Part shown: positions 22,786 through 33,522 of the stretch, one piece after another
How the letters are laid out: every line of letters starts with the position of its first letter
Position numbering within the stretch: position 1 is the stretch's first letter
NCBI GenBank assembly: GCA_001949185.1
Contig: BDGG01000001.1
Coordinates: 6,733,591-6,797,590 of the forward strand
From: Ramazzottius varieornatus
Taxonomy: Eukaryota > Animalia > Tardigrada
Reading direction: 5' to 3'
DNA: 64,000 nucleotides
Position numbers and translations under genes: made by a program
The notes under the pieces: generated by a model
Database searches by the model: none
Seen by the model: only the letters and a program-made list of their open reading frames with translations
What the model was told of the DNA's origin: nothing

Positions 22786-24234
22786 TCAGATGCGCCTCTT
22801 GTGATGGCAATTCAGTGTTACTCCGTCGATGGTGGAGCTCTTGAGAAGACGATCCCCTTCGAGCTTGTAGACGTTGTGCATGGTTATGTTGAGACGCTGG
22901 TCTTTGGTGCCTGTGTAATGGGCCGTTCCAACCAACGCGCCATCTTTCTCTCCATACTTTACACTATAGGACAAACCGTCGTACGAGCCGGGTGACTGCT
23001 CGCCCAGCTTGTAAACGACCTGAAAAACGTTTTCGCGTGACCATTTTGCTTTTTTTAAGAGCGCGCTAACGGTTATAAACTTACGTGATTGGTGTAATAT
23101 TCTTTGATGATAATCTTGTGATGGTATTCATCTCCCTTCTTGAGGTGGTTGACCAAGACAGTAGAGTTGAGATTGACTTCCGGATGGCTCATAGGCAGCT
23201 CTGTGAACGATATATATTCGGGAAGAACGTCATCAATCGTACAGAAAGATCAAAGTCACACAGGAGACGTAAAACTTACGAAGCTTCCTCTTGAACTGTG
23301 CCAGGTTTTTGTCCTGCTCGGGTACAGAGACCCATTCGCCCAGCCACGGTTTTCCGGTCCATTCTGCTCCTTTTTCGTCAGCAGGGTCTTCGATGAGAAT
23401 GGCGATGGCAGCGCCGGTAAGAAGGATATTATTCGGATGTTATTCGGATTCCGTTGGCTCGGTCGACCTGTACACCGTTGCAGCAATGTACAGCATAACT
23501 GACGCCTGTTTTTTTCTAATTGGCCGTTCCGAGGTATTTTCTAAACTGTTCAGGAAACGACGTTTTCTGGAGGGGCGTTAGTCGAACTCTTGAAACCGCT
23601 TATGTAGTTATCAAGAGCATGCCTTAAGGTATCGAATGCTGGAAACATTCTACAAACGAATGGATGGCTAAATTTGGGCGGAAATATCCATGTAGGGAAG
23701 AAAACTGGAAAAGTCGTTTTTTAAACCAATTTCCTATGCATGGTTTGCAGTACAGGCCGAAACAGCTGCTTCCGCCACGCGGCTATCTGCCCCTTATGAC
23801 TCACCGAAAACTCAACTGACATACTATTGTTCACGAAGGTACCCGCCAAGCCAGTTTTTTTCCATACAGGGAACGGTGATGAGCAATTTTTCGGACAATG
23901 GTCTAAGGATCATTACCGTGTCATTGGGTGTCAACCCGAGATCTAGGTGTGTCTCCATCAGCTCTAACAGCTTATGTCTGTACAGGCGAAAAATTCGACG
24001 CGTCCGAGAACATCCAAATAGCAAAAACAGGCGTCAATTTCTTTCCATCCTGACGTCACCACGAAGCCTGCCTGCTAGCGTATGCGGAACCGGCTCCAGG
24101 TCACTCAACAACGACACGCTCCAGAAACAGAGACTGGTACACTGAAGCAAAACGCCTGTACATGTGTCGGTATCATAATACAGCAAATTGATCTTACCGG
24201 ACAGGAGTGCGAGAGCAAGTATAAGTAGATGCAT
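22786..24234 (-). CDS. SAHS: SAHS-family paralogue H (intron-1 acceptor AG>CG; possibly shifted splice site or pseudogene)
   Basis: Exon 1 24234-24198 (MHLLILALALLS). Exon 2 runs from 23414 (dead acceptor TTACCG) or 23387 (in-frame GAAG) to 23280, then 23200-23085 and 23019-22786. Translation includes EKGAEWTGKPWLGEW...KKGDEYHHKIIIKE...STIDGVTLNCHHKRRI*. Confidence 0.78.
23500..24036. mobile_element. Old MITE-like insertion in intron 1 of SAHS paralogue H
   Basis: Imperfect ~30-bp inverted ends, TGACGCCTGTTTTTTTCTAATTGG versus rc TGACGCCTGTTTTTGCTATTTGG. It explains the ~780-nt intron, against ~75-250 nt in paralogues. No clear TSD. Confidence 0.55.
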
Positions 24235-24267
24235 CGTCGCAGGTTCAGAATTGAGGAAACATCTCTA

Positions 24268-24661
24268 CGAGGTAAACGACATAATTCGGGCATATCGATT
24301 TTCGCACCATAATTCGGGCAACGCGAAAGGTTGGAACATTACGTTCAACGCTTGATTCATCCCGCATCGTACGTGTGTTGATACAACATCAGGCTTTTTA
24401 ACATTGGACAGACCCATCTCTATCCCAGGCCAAATTTCCGTAATCTACAACGCTTTCCCGTTCTCGAACCTATTGAAACCTCGAGGAGAGGGATCAGTCT
24501 ACCTCAGGAAACAAAACACGGGTCAATCCGCGGAGCAGGAGCTGAGAAAAAACATGCCCGAATTACGAGTGAAAAACCCTTATGCCCGAATTACGAGTGA
24601 AAACCCTTATGCCCGAATTACGAGTGAAAACCCTTATGCCCGAATTATGTCGTTCACCTCG
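24268..24661 (+). mobile_element. 394-bp mariner/Tc1-type MITE with TA TSD, inserted 33 nt upstream of the SAHS-H ATG
   Basis: TA|CGAGGTAAACGACATAATTCGGGCATA ... TATGCCCGAATTATGTCGTTCACCTCG|TA: 27-bp TIR with 1 mismatch. Confidence 0.9.
24553..24647 (+). repeat. ~27-bp tandem repeat x3.5 (ATGCCCGAATTACGAGTGAAAACCCTT), subterminal to the MITE
   Basis: Directly visible. Each unit contains the TIR core TGCCCGAATTA, a likely transposase-binding motif. Confidence 0.85.
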
Positions 24662-25150
24662 TAATGAGAGAAGAGCTGGCAAGGAGCTTTAGAGCACGTG
24701 AAACCCAACCATTCCATACAACATTGTGAGCCCATCAGCTTTGAGGCTTTTCTACTCTTTTTTATTCCGCTCGACCCGGTCTTTCTGCATTCAAAGTCTT
24801 CAAAGTCTGGCCGAGTTATGAATCATCTTAGGCCGTGTACATTTTGCCGACTGGGTCGTTGTGAGTGACGAGGTCGTTATGAAAAACTACGTAGACTTTC
24901 TGCACGCCTGAATAAGCTAGTTGATGTAGTAGGCGAAATTTCAATCAACCCCACAGTAAACCGAAATATAGCGACGAACCAGCGTTCACAAAATACGGTG
25001 GAAAATGCGATCAACCAGCAATCGCAACCTCGCTAGTTACTTTCAAGCTTTGCTTCTCATTTGCGATTCCTAATCGCGCCATTTCTCTCTTATCGTCCCA
25101 ACAGGACGGATTGCTTTCCCTTTCGCTCTCGTCTCGGTGTTTCTCTTATC

Positions 25151-26077
25151 ATGTCTCGAAAACGTAGAGGTGCTGCCGTGGAACTAGAAGATGCGGAGTC
25201 CGTGGAGAGAAATCTGCTCATCCCGGCGCAGACCAGGTGAGTTTCGTGGCTGATGAAAGTATAAACGGTGCCTTTCGTCGAGATATTCTTCCACATGGAG
25301 TCCATAATTATTGTTTCACTTGGTGTTTGATTAACCTTCGTCTGAAAGAGATGAAGGAGGACTTCCTCGTTTGTGGTTCACAGATTACCTACTGGAAGAA
25401 GATGAAAGCGGCCCTCGTCGAAGCGTTCCCTGATTTCGACAAAACAGCCGCGCAAGTCCGCGAGAAATGGCAAAATTTGTACAAGACCTACCGTGCCAAG
25501 AAGAAAGCCACAGCGCAGACCGAAGCTGGGAAGATTAGTTGGCAATTCTTCAACCAGATCGACGCAGAAATGGGCGACAGGAATGGCATCACGCTCGGGG
25601 GGATGACGAACACTGGAGGTGAAGTTGGTTGCTGATTAGTTAAAATGGGTTTGCAAAGTGTCGCAACCCTATCAGTGTTATCAGCCGGACGCGCAAGCTA
25701 CTGGGGAAATCGATTCACTGTGTTGGTGGAGGGAGCCCCGCTTGCTTTGTTATTATTAAGTTTCCACTTATCTGGCTTGTCATTCGTTTTCTTTTGTAGG
25801 TGAAAACGATACGACGGCTCTACGGGGTTTCGGACATGACAAGATGAACGACCCTAGTCAAGTCTGGCCTACTGACAGAGCGGATTCCGCTGATCGTAAT
25901 GGGAGCACCAAAGTACGAGGAAAAAAGGTGAAGACTGGAAGGAACGAAGTGCTGGTTGTTGTTGATCAGCTGCTGTCCAGCACCGATGAGGCCATGGGGC
26001 CCCGACCAAGCTCGCTGATAACCAAGAGAAGCTGGTGGAGCAAAACAAGCAAAGTGTGGTTGCCAGTCAAGAGATAG
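25151..26077 (+). pseudogene. Harbinger Myb/SANT-like (trihelix) DNA-binding protein
   Basis: YWKKMKAALVEAFPDFDKTAAQVREKWQNLYKTYRAKK...SWQFFNQIDAEMG. Spliced (first exon 25151-25236); 3' part uncertain. Confidence 0.75.
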
Positions 26078-26255
26078 CTGATTCGCGAAAGAAAATTGCT
26101 GACTCTTTTGCTACTTTCGTCTCTTTATTCCGAAACCATTAGAATGGCCTAGAGAATTGTTCAAAAGCTAGTACATATTGTCTCCCATCAAGTTTCTAAA
26201 AATCTTTTCTCGGATTTCTCTCTTGTTAGCGGCTTCATCCGGTTCAAGAATACCT

Positions 26256-27449
26256 TCAAACTACGTTAAGCTGGACTTCAGTGTGATCGTTCATATCGAT
26301 GCACAAGTCGTGCAGAACCATACAACAAAGAAAAATATGCTTGATTTTATCGAGGCTAGTGGATTCCACATATCTCAGAACTTTAGAGCGCTGTTTGAGA
26401 ACACCAAAGGCTCTTTCCACCATCATTCTTATACTGGAATGAATTTCGTTACGTCGTAAATTTTGTTCAGACAGCTCGTCGCGGTTCGTGTTGGGTGTAA
26501 TAACCTTGGTGGATATAGGATAGGATTTGGTAGCCATCAGGGAGATTGTCCAAAAGACCAGAGTTGACGAACACTCTTGAATCATGGACACGTCCAGGGG
26601 CTCCGGTTGACACGTGCAGAAATCGACTACAAAAACAAAAGCTTACTTTCGTACACTTTCATATCGGATGATATCGGAATCACAGAAAGATAGACAAGAG
26701 TCAAACATACCAGTCAGGATCGACAAGGCCTTGCACGTTCAAGCTGTACTTCCGGTGGCGATTAATGTATTCTTCTCTCTTGTTGTCCAAGGCGGGGTAG
26801 TTGATATGAGTTCCATCGACAGCTCTGAATACCCGAGCAGTTCCTTGGACTTCGGGGAACCTGCGGAACTTGTTCATCATCTTGTGTACCATCGTATCAA
26901 GTTTGACGCAGGAAGGAATCCGGATGACGTTCGGGTACGTATGTTTAACAGCGAGGATAAATTTGTTGACGTATTTATGGGCGGTTTACTTTCCGATTCC
27001 GAACGTACCTAGACAAACACTATAGAAGACACCCTTTGACAAGTAGTGGAGTCCTCAGGCAAGTTGAAGTTCAGCAGGGAATTCGGGACGACCGAAAGGA
27101 GTCTTTTTCCGGTTGCAGGCGATTGCGCACATCGCGCAGTATTCTGGAGAAGGTTTGGACTTTTCACGCCGAACACCTTCTTCATGTCAGCATCGCTGTT
27201 GAAGATCTCTCAGAATCTCAGTAGACCGTACGCTCGAGCTTCGCGGACATACAAATTATGGTTGAGCCGGGAAAGTAGGGAAGATTCCACAGCGCAATTG
27301 TTAAGGATCATACAGGCAAGTTCTGCTGCGGCGGAAGTCTGCCTATCGGACAGCGCATTGCGAGTATCGGGCTCGGGCGGACGAAGAGATGATGCCAAGG
27401 CCATCACAGCAGTTCTGACTGGATCAAACTGATCATTCGGAAGCTCCAT
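26256..27449 (-). pseudogene. Harbinger DDE transposase, frameshifted
   Basis: Fragments FPEVQG...AVDGTHI...YINRHRKYSLNVQGLVD, PGRVHDSRVF and HSSIRMMVERAFGVLKQR...CMVLHDLCI are spread over different frames. Confidence 0.82.
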
Positions 27450-28135
27450 CTTCACATCGGAAGAGATAAGGAGAAAAATGACAACTCGGTGGAGAGATAA
27501 AACGCATGATCAGTAGCACTCTCCAGTGCTGGGTAGAAATCTACTAGCCTTTTTTGGCTAGTAGCTCTGGTAGGCGCTTTATAATGGAGTTGGTTGGCTA
27601 CGCTGGTTGCCTACCCTGACGCGTTTACAAAGTCAACGTAGTCAGCGACGAGGTTAGATGAAACGGGTTTGAAATGACTCATCGCCTAATTTTTCGACTT
27701 TGTGAACGATTTTTGGGTTGTTATGAATAACCCACTGCTGGATTGAACATAACCGCCTTTATGAACGCTGGTTCATCATAATCCTCATAACGACCTAGTA
27801 GCCTACCACTAAATGAACACGGCTTTAGAGAACTTCTTTTGGTTCAATCTGATAACATGCAGTGCCCAGCTAGCGATCTACTCTAGCCCATTTCCAGGTC
27901 CCCTTGATTGCGTCTGCGCGATAATATATTTGTTCGAATATTGCTTGCCAACATGTCAGTCCGAAAGGTGCAAATTCAGTCTTTGTACCGGATTTATAGC
28001 GTCGCATTTATCAGAAACAATCTTGCTCGGAGGAAGTCTTATCCGACTGAAGAAACATCTTGACCCGAACACTGACTGAGTAATCTGCTTCAAAAACAGA
28101 GAAGAGGGAGAAGAAAGCATGAGTAGTTTGCAGCT

Positions 28136-29118
28136 TCACGTTCGTGTCTTGTAGTAGCGTTTCATGGTTACTCCGTCGATGGTGGAGGTCATAACTAAAT
28201 GGTCACCCTCGAGCTTGAAGACGTTGTTGATCGTCTTGTCCAGGGGCTGTTCCTTGGTGCCGGTGCGATGGACGGTGCCGACCAAGGCGCCATCCTTGTC
28301 TTCGTACTTCAAGCTGAAAGATGAGCCGTTATGCGAGCCGGCGGACTCTTGACCCAGCTTGAAGACAACCTGAAAATCAGTCTCAGGTATGCAAGAGATC
28401 TCAGTACGCACGTACTGTGTGGAAAGATTAAAGCCATGCAGCGTTCGGCAGTTTGCATAATCATAATGGCTTCGCATACGTACATCATTGGTATAGCCGG
28501 CTTCCTTGATAATAATCTTGTGGTGGTATTCGTCTCCCTTCTTGTAGGTGTTAACCCACACTCTGTTGTTGTGTTTCAGATGCGGGTGACTCAAGGGGAT
28601 ATCTGCAGATCGCATCCCCATGGTGGCTCATACATCACATCGACGATTGTCGAGGAAAACTGACGAATGAAGGTCAGAAGCCAACACGAATGTACTCACG
28701 GAGCTTTTTCTTGAGTCCCTCGTGATTTTCGTCCTTCTCAGGAACGGCGACCCATTTGCCCATCCACGGTTTGCCAGTCCGTTCTACGCCTTCTTCGTGA
28801 ACAGCGTCTTCGGCGGCCCAGATAAAGGCCACACCCGCGAAACACCATCATGACAGTACGAGTACATGCACAACGAACAAAACACGCAGACAGCTTCCCA
28901 TCCAGCATCTTGACAACCGAACTCCTCTTGCTTAAGCTTTCTTATGGCGTCAGTGCGGATTCTGCCTGCCGATGCTTCTCGCAGTGACGTCGCACACGGA
29001 AAGTTAGCGGCTGGAGCCAACCGATGACAGAGCCATCTCCCGAGTATAAGGAACCATATCCCGATATGAGCTCGATCTTGCCGGAAAAGACTGCGAGAAG
29101 AAGGATAAATCGATGCAT
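28136..29118 (-). CDS. SAHS: SAHS-family paralogue I (intron 1: GC donor, acceptor AG>GG; shifted splice site or pseudogene)
   Basis: Exon 1 29118-29082 (MHRFILLLAVFS). Exon 2 runs from 28834 (dead TTCGCGG) or 28807 (in-frame GAAG) to 28700, then 28602-28484 and 28369-28136. Translation includes EEGVERTGKPWMGKW...TSTIDGVTMKRYYKTRT*. Confidence 0.78.
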
Positions 29119-29609
29119 CGTTCAAGCTGGCTATGTAAGAAAGTACGATGGGTAGAGAAACTAATGGAAGGTTTGATGAGAGGCCTGCATATATAGTGTT
29201 GACCTGCCCTTATTGTGAGTAGCCTGTAGTCACTTTTTTTCGACCTCAAGCATTGTCATTCGCCGATTAGGACACTCGGGGGAAAAAAACGTGGTTTCAA
29301 AGGTTGGCTGATGAATTATGATTGCCTGCTTTGCTCACCATCTGATCTGGTCAAGCGCCCCGGCGCGGTTTCTGGCAGTGGTCGTCTGTGATACAGAGAT
29401 ATGCGGGATAATGTGGGAAAAAAGTGGAAACCGACTGAACCACCCGTCTGCTCGGGAAAATCTTGTACGACTAAAGACTAAGCACAAGAACCTCTATCGA
29501 CACGCCAACTGAACGACATGTGACTTTACTCTGGGGACAACTCAAACACGCAAGCGAGCTTGATTCCAAAGACAAAATCTGAGACTGAACCTCGGCACCA
29601 GCTTGAAAT

Positions 29610-30613
29610 TTAGTTCCGTCTCTTGTAATATCGTTTGTGGACAATTCCATGAGCGTCAGAGGTCTGCAACAAGCGAAAAAAGATGTGACCAGTGACATAA
29701 TGGCTGAGGCGGAATTCAAAGTGGGCTGCGATACCTTGACAAGGAAGTCCCCTTCGACCTTGAACTCGTTCTTGTAAGTCGCGTTGTTCGAGGGTAGCAT
29801 GACTTGTCCGACGAGAGCGTCATCTTTCTCATCGTACTTAACACTGAAGGTGGTACCGTTAAAAACGTTCTTGGTTTCTTGGCCCAGTTTGTAGACAATC
29901 TACAGTACAGGTTCCTTAACGTTAACGTCGGTCCGAAGCCTTCCTTAAGCCTGGGTCAAGGGAGTACCGTGTATCGTACTTACGTCGTGATCATCAAGAT
30001 CAGCTACTTCCTTGACGCGCAGTCTCTGGTGGTACTCGTCGCCCTTTTTGTAATGGTTGACGAGGACCGTAACGATGGGAGGAAGTTCCGGATGACTCGC
30101 AGCGACACCTGTGAAAATTCATTCCATTTCGAATGTCCCGTGCCATCCGCTGAGCGTACCACGAGGGCTGAAGTTGATGCATCATGGCACTGACCGATCT
30201 CTGTGATGAAGTTTAGTACGTTTACGTCCTTCTCGGGAACGGAAACCCATTTGCCCAGCCATGGTTTTCCAGTCCATTCGGCTCCTTCCTCATGGCCAGG
30301 ATCGTGCTCTGCCAGGCAGACTGCCGCACCTGTAAAGGATCAAGCTGTGGGATAATACAGTCCCTTGAGCCAAGCTCTTATCGATTCGTCGAAAATCATA
30401 ATTATCCAAAACAGCAGCCATTCGCCAATGCGACGGGGAAAACACTAGATCCCTTCGGTCCACCTAATTACATTTCGTTTACTTATATTATCCTTGGAAA
30501 GTCAGGCTTCTGATTCAAAGGACGAAAATAGAAAAATCATAAACACATAACGTTACAGGTGTGGGAAGGTTCATACTGGCAAATATGAGAAGATTGCGAA
30601 GAAATCGCCGCAT
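29610..30613 (-). CDS. SAHS: SAHS-family protein (paralogue J), 5 exons
   Basis: Exons 30613-30577, 30329-30195, 30108-29984, 29899-29735, 29663-29610 give MRRFLRNLLIFASAAVCLAEHDPGHEEGAEWTGKPWLGKWVSVPEKD...TSDAHGIVHKRYYKRRN*. Confidence 0.88.
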
Positions 30614-31827
30614 GACAATTGAGGCGTTCTAACTGCAGTTAACAGAAATGGAGACTGTGCAGAATAGCCTAAAAGTCTGCAGAGCAGGATAGCTGGATAG
30701 CACTTGTGTATGAACAGGTTGGCTCTGAACCTAGCTTGCTTTTTCGTTCCTGGCATCGTGCACGTGGCAGACGATTTTTTTCAGGGTGTTCCTCCTCGCT
30801 GTAATGCAAAACACTCGCTCAGGTTTGCCGCGTTACCTTCCATCTGCAGCCTACGACGTCGACGATTAAGATCTTTCAACCGTGGACTTCGGACATTCGT
30901 CTCGATGTGTCGTCCAAATCTACGAACTAACCATACCAAGAAGAACTTGCCCAGACAACACATGATTTTTTCCCGCAAAGCTCTGGACAGTGCAGCCAAC
31001 GCTGACAGCAGGTAAACAGGGTTCTTTCTCATACCAAAATATTTAGAAACGATAAAAGCAACGAGCTTCTGAATTCTGATTATCGTGATCCGATTTCGTC
31101 AGGTCACTGTGAACCCGTTCACGCGGCCATATGACATGTTGTACAGCTTGAGTCTCGACTGCGCAGGCACAAAACTATTGCTCTATCAGGCACCGCCGCA
31201 CCCTCTCTCATTACAGCCGGGTTTTGATTTCACGAAAGACCAAATATGAATGATGACACTGATGAGGAATTAATTGTGCTTCTACTAATTCGAATTCGCC
31301 AAAAGCCACATACCTGACCGTCCGTTCAGCCAACGTAACAAGTGACACCAGACAACAGGAAACCCTTTGCGAACGAACTTCCTGGTCCGCGCAAGTAGTG
31401 CCACTTTACTTGTGGTACACCCGAGGCTGGCTGAGTACTCCGGCAGACAGGAAATCCATCCGCAGTGTTCCTGACAGCGAGAAGTCTTGCTCGATCTGAA
31501 TTGAAATGAAAGGATGAGCTGACGCACAGAGCTTTGGACCCTAATTATTGTAATCGTCAGAAGGTACATCTCCCAATTCATCACGACATGGGCGACCAAC
31601 ACCCTTGGCGAGCCCTTTGCTTGTTTTCTGACTTGGTCCTTCAGTATAAAAATGAACATGGTACCAGGAGGAACTTTCAGTCGACGAGACATCGTACCAT
31701 CAAACTCTCTTCCTGTCTTTGCCCAACCTTCCCGCAGGCATAGCATTTCGACATCACCTACATCCGGATTTTGACTTTTCTCCACACATAGTTTTTTGCT
31801 GACTAGTAGAGCTGGTCTCAGTTAACT

Positions 31828-32226
31828 ATGACTAGGTCGACTAGCAAGATATTATTCTTAGTCGTTTGCCTGTTTTACAACGTCTCACACAATCATGCCA
31901 ATCCTCGGTCTCGACTTTCGCCTTTGGTATCGTCCGTGCAGACTAAGCGCGACTACTTTCCGGAAGAACTCGTGGTACGGAACAATGCAGCGAATGGCCA
32001 TGAACAACTGGCAGATGTTCTGCCGGTTGCCGATGGATCGGTCGCCCTTGGCGCTCCGGGATTTGTCGATGAACTCAACGCACTGCAGGAACTCATTCAA
32101 GCCGCGCGGGAACTGCGTGAGCGGCAAGGCGAGGAGGAACTGCTCAAGGGCCATGCCAGCTCGGACTTTCAGCGCCAACAGAGGGCAGAGCAGCGCAAGC
32201 TAGATTTCCGCACCCAAGGATGGTAG
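31828..32226 (+). CDS. Putative secreted neuropeptide-precursor-like protein (132 aa)
   Basis: Hydrophobic N-terminus (KILFLVVCLF), a KR site, an acidic helical spacer, and RK followed by C-terminal LDFRTQGW. Single coding exon. Confidence 0.6.
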   Translation: MTRSTSKILFLVVCLFYNVSHNHANPRSRLSPLVSSVQTKRDYFPEELVVRNNAANGHEQLADVLPVADGSVALGAPGFVDELNALQELIQAARELRERQGEEELLKGHASSDFQRQQRAEQRKLDFRTQGW

Positions 32227-33522
32227 CCGTGTGTATCCCACCCGTCTTTGTTTATTTTTACATTCTTGAATTTCTGATACGGAACACTGTCTTCGGATCC
32301 GCTGAACCAATAGTTCCACCTCTCACTGTAATATCTACGTAACCGACGTGACGAACCGGCCCTTTTTGCTGCTCTGCTGACTATCGAACTGGGTGACTTT
32401 GGTCTGCTGCTGACTGCTGTCCACTCGATTCCTCCAATCATTTTTGTCCTCAATTACTAGGTATTCTTAACGTTTTAGTCTACGCCACAAGAAGGAACAT
32501 TGGCGTTGCCATTTGACTCTGCTGTATTTTATTCCCTTTTTGCGTGAGAAGAACAGTTCGTGAAACCATCATGCGGTCCTCATCGACCCTCTTCTCTACG
32601 ATTCGAATTAACTTCGGGTTTCTTGTGCAGCCCGTATTGAAGTTTTATGCTGGTCTGTATGCTATGTCTCGAGTTGAGAATTCCTGAAGATGGTATAAGA
32701 TTTCGCCGATGGGTGTTTTTCTTAGGATGCTCTGTAAAGTTCATTCTGAGCTGTCCATGGATCAAATTATATTTGCCCAGACGTCGTCCATCAAATGACT
32801 TTACACAGTGTACACTAAATATACGTGCGGAGCACTTTCTCATTGCCGGCCTATTCCCGAAATAGTCATTGCTGCAAGAGATGGCTACATTACTCGAGGA
32901 GAAAGCGTTGAAGGCAATTTTGAGGTCGTAGCAGCTGGAGTTAACTCAGATGACATGGTAGCAAGTCAACATTGCGCGCGTGTACTGTTCAGATGATAGT
33001 CTGTACAATGTGAACGCTCCAGATGTCTTGTGGAGCAAACTCCCTCCTCTCACTCTACAACCTTATCTCGTAAAATGCTGCTTTTTTGCGCCCTCTAAAA
33101 GCCTGAAGGAAGAACTCTTCATTGCCGAACAGGTTTTGTACTGGATGGGAAGATTAGCAGATGTTAGTCGCGCTCTTCCCTGAAGTGCTCTTATTTCGGA
33201 TTGTCGACAGATAGCACAGCGGAACGATATGTGGATGCGGTGAAGCGTGGAATTAAACTTACTGCGTGAACGTCTTACTTGCTTTAACGACCCCTCGATC
33301 ATGTGGGCATATACTGGAAATTTCGTTGTTCCATCTTCCAGGGTCTAAATCAGAAACCAGTCAAACGTCTAGTAATTCTGCTGGATATTTGTCTGATCTG
33401 TTTCTGTCAGTACCAATCAAAAACATGGAGCAGCCAGCCTGAAAGTTCTTCCGCTTGCCGCGAGAAAATTATCGACGATCCTTCAGAACTGATACATAGT
33501 CCCAACGTGATTGCCGGCAAAA

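Larger units (their letters stand above)
24850..27799. mobile_element. Degenerate PIF/Harbinger transposon (two convergent genes)
   Basis: Myb/SANT gene on + and DDE_Tnp_4 transposase on -. Imperfect inverted ends ACTGGGTCGTTGTGAG / rc ACTAGGTCGTTATGAG. Ends are approximate and no clean TSD is seen. Confidence 0.8.

Noticed and set aside
24553-24647. CRISPR-like or protein-repeat (NPYARITSE) interpretation
   Set aside because: Head-to-tail repeats without unique spacers, inside a MITE in a eukaryotic genome.
30285-30300. Suspected frameshift in SAHS paralogue J exon 2
   Set aside because: Re-reading gives CAT GAG GAA GGA; the frame is intact.
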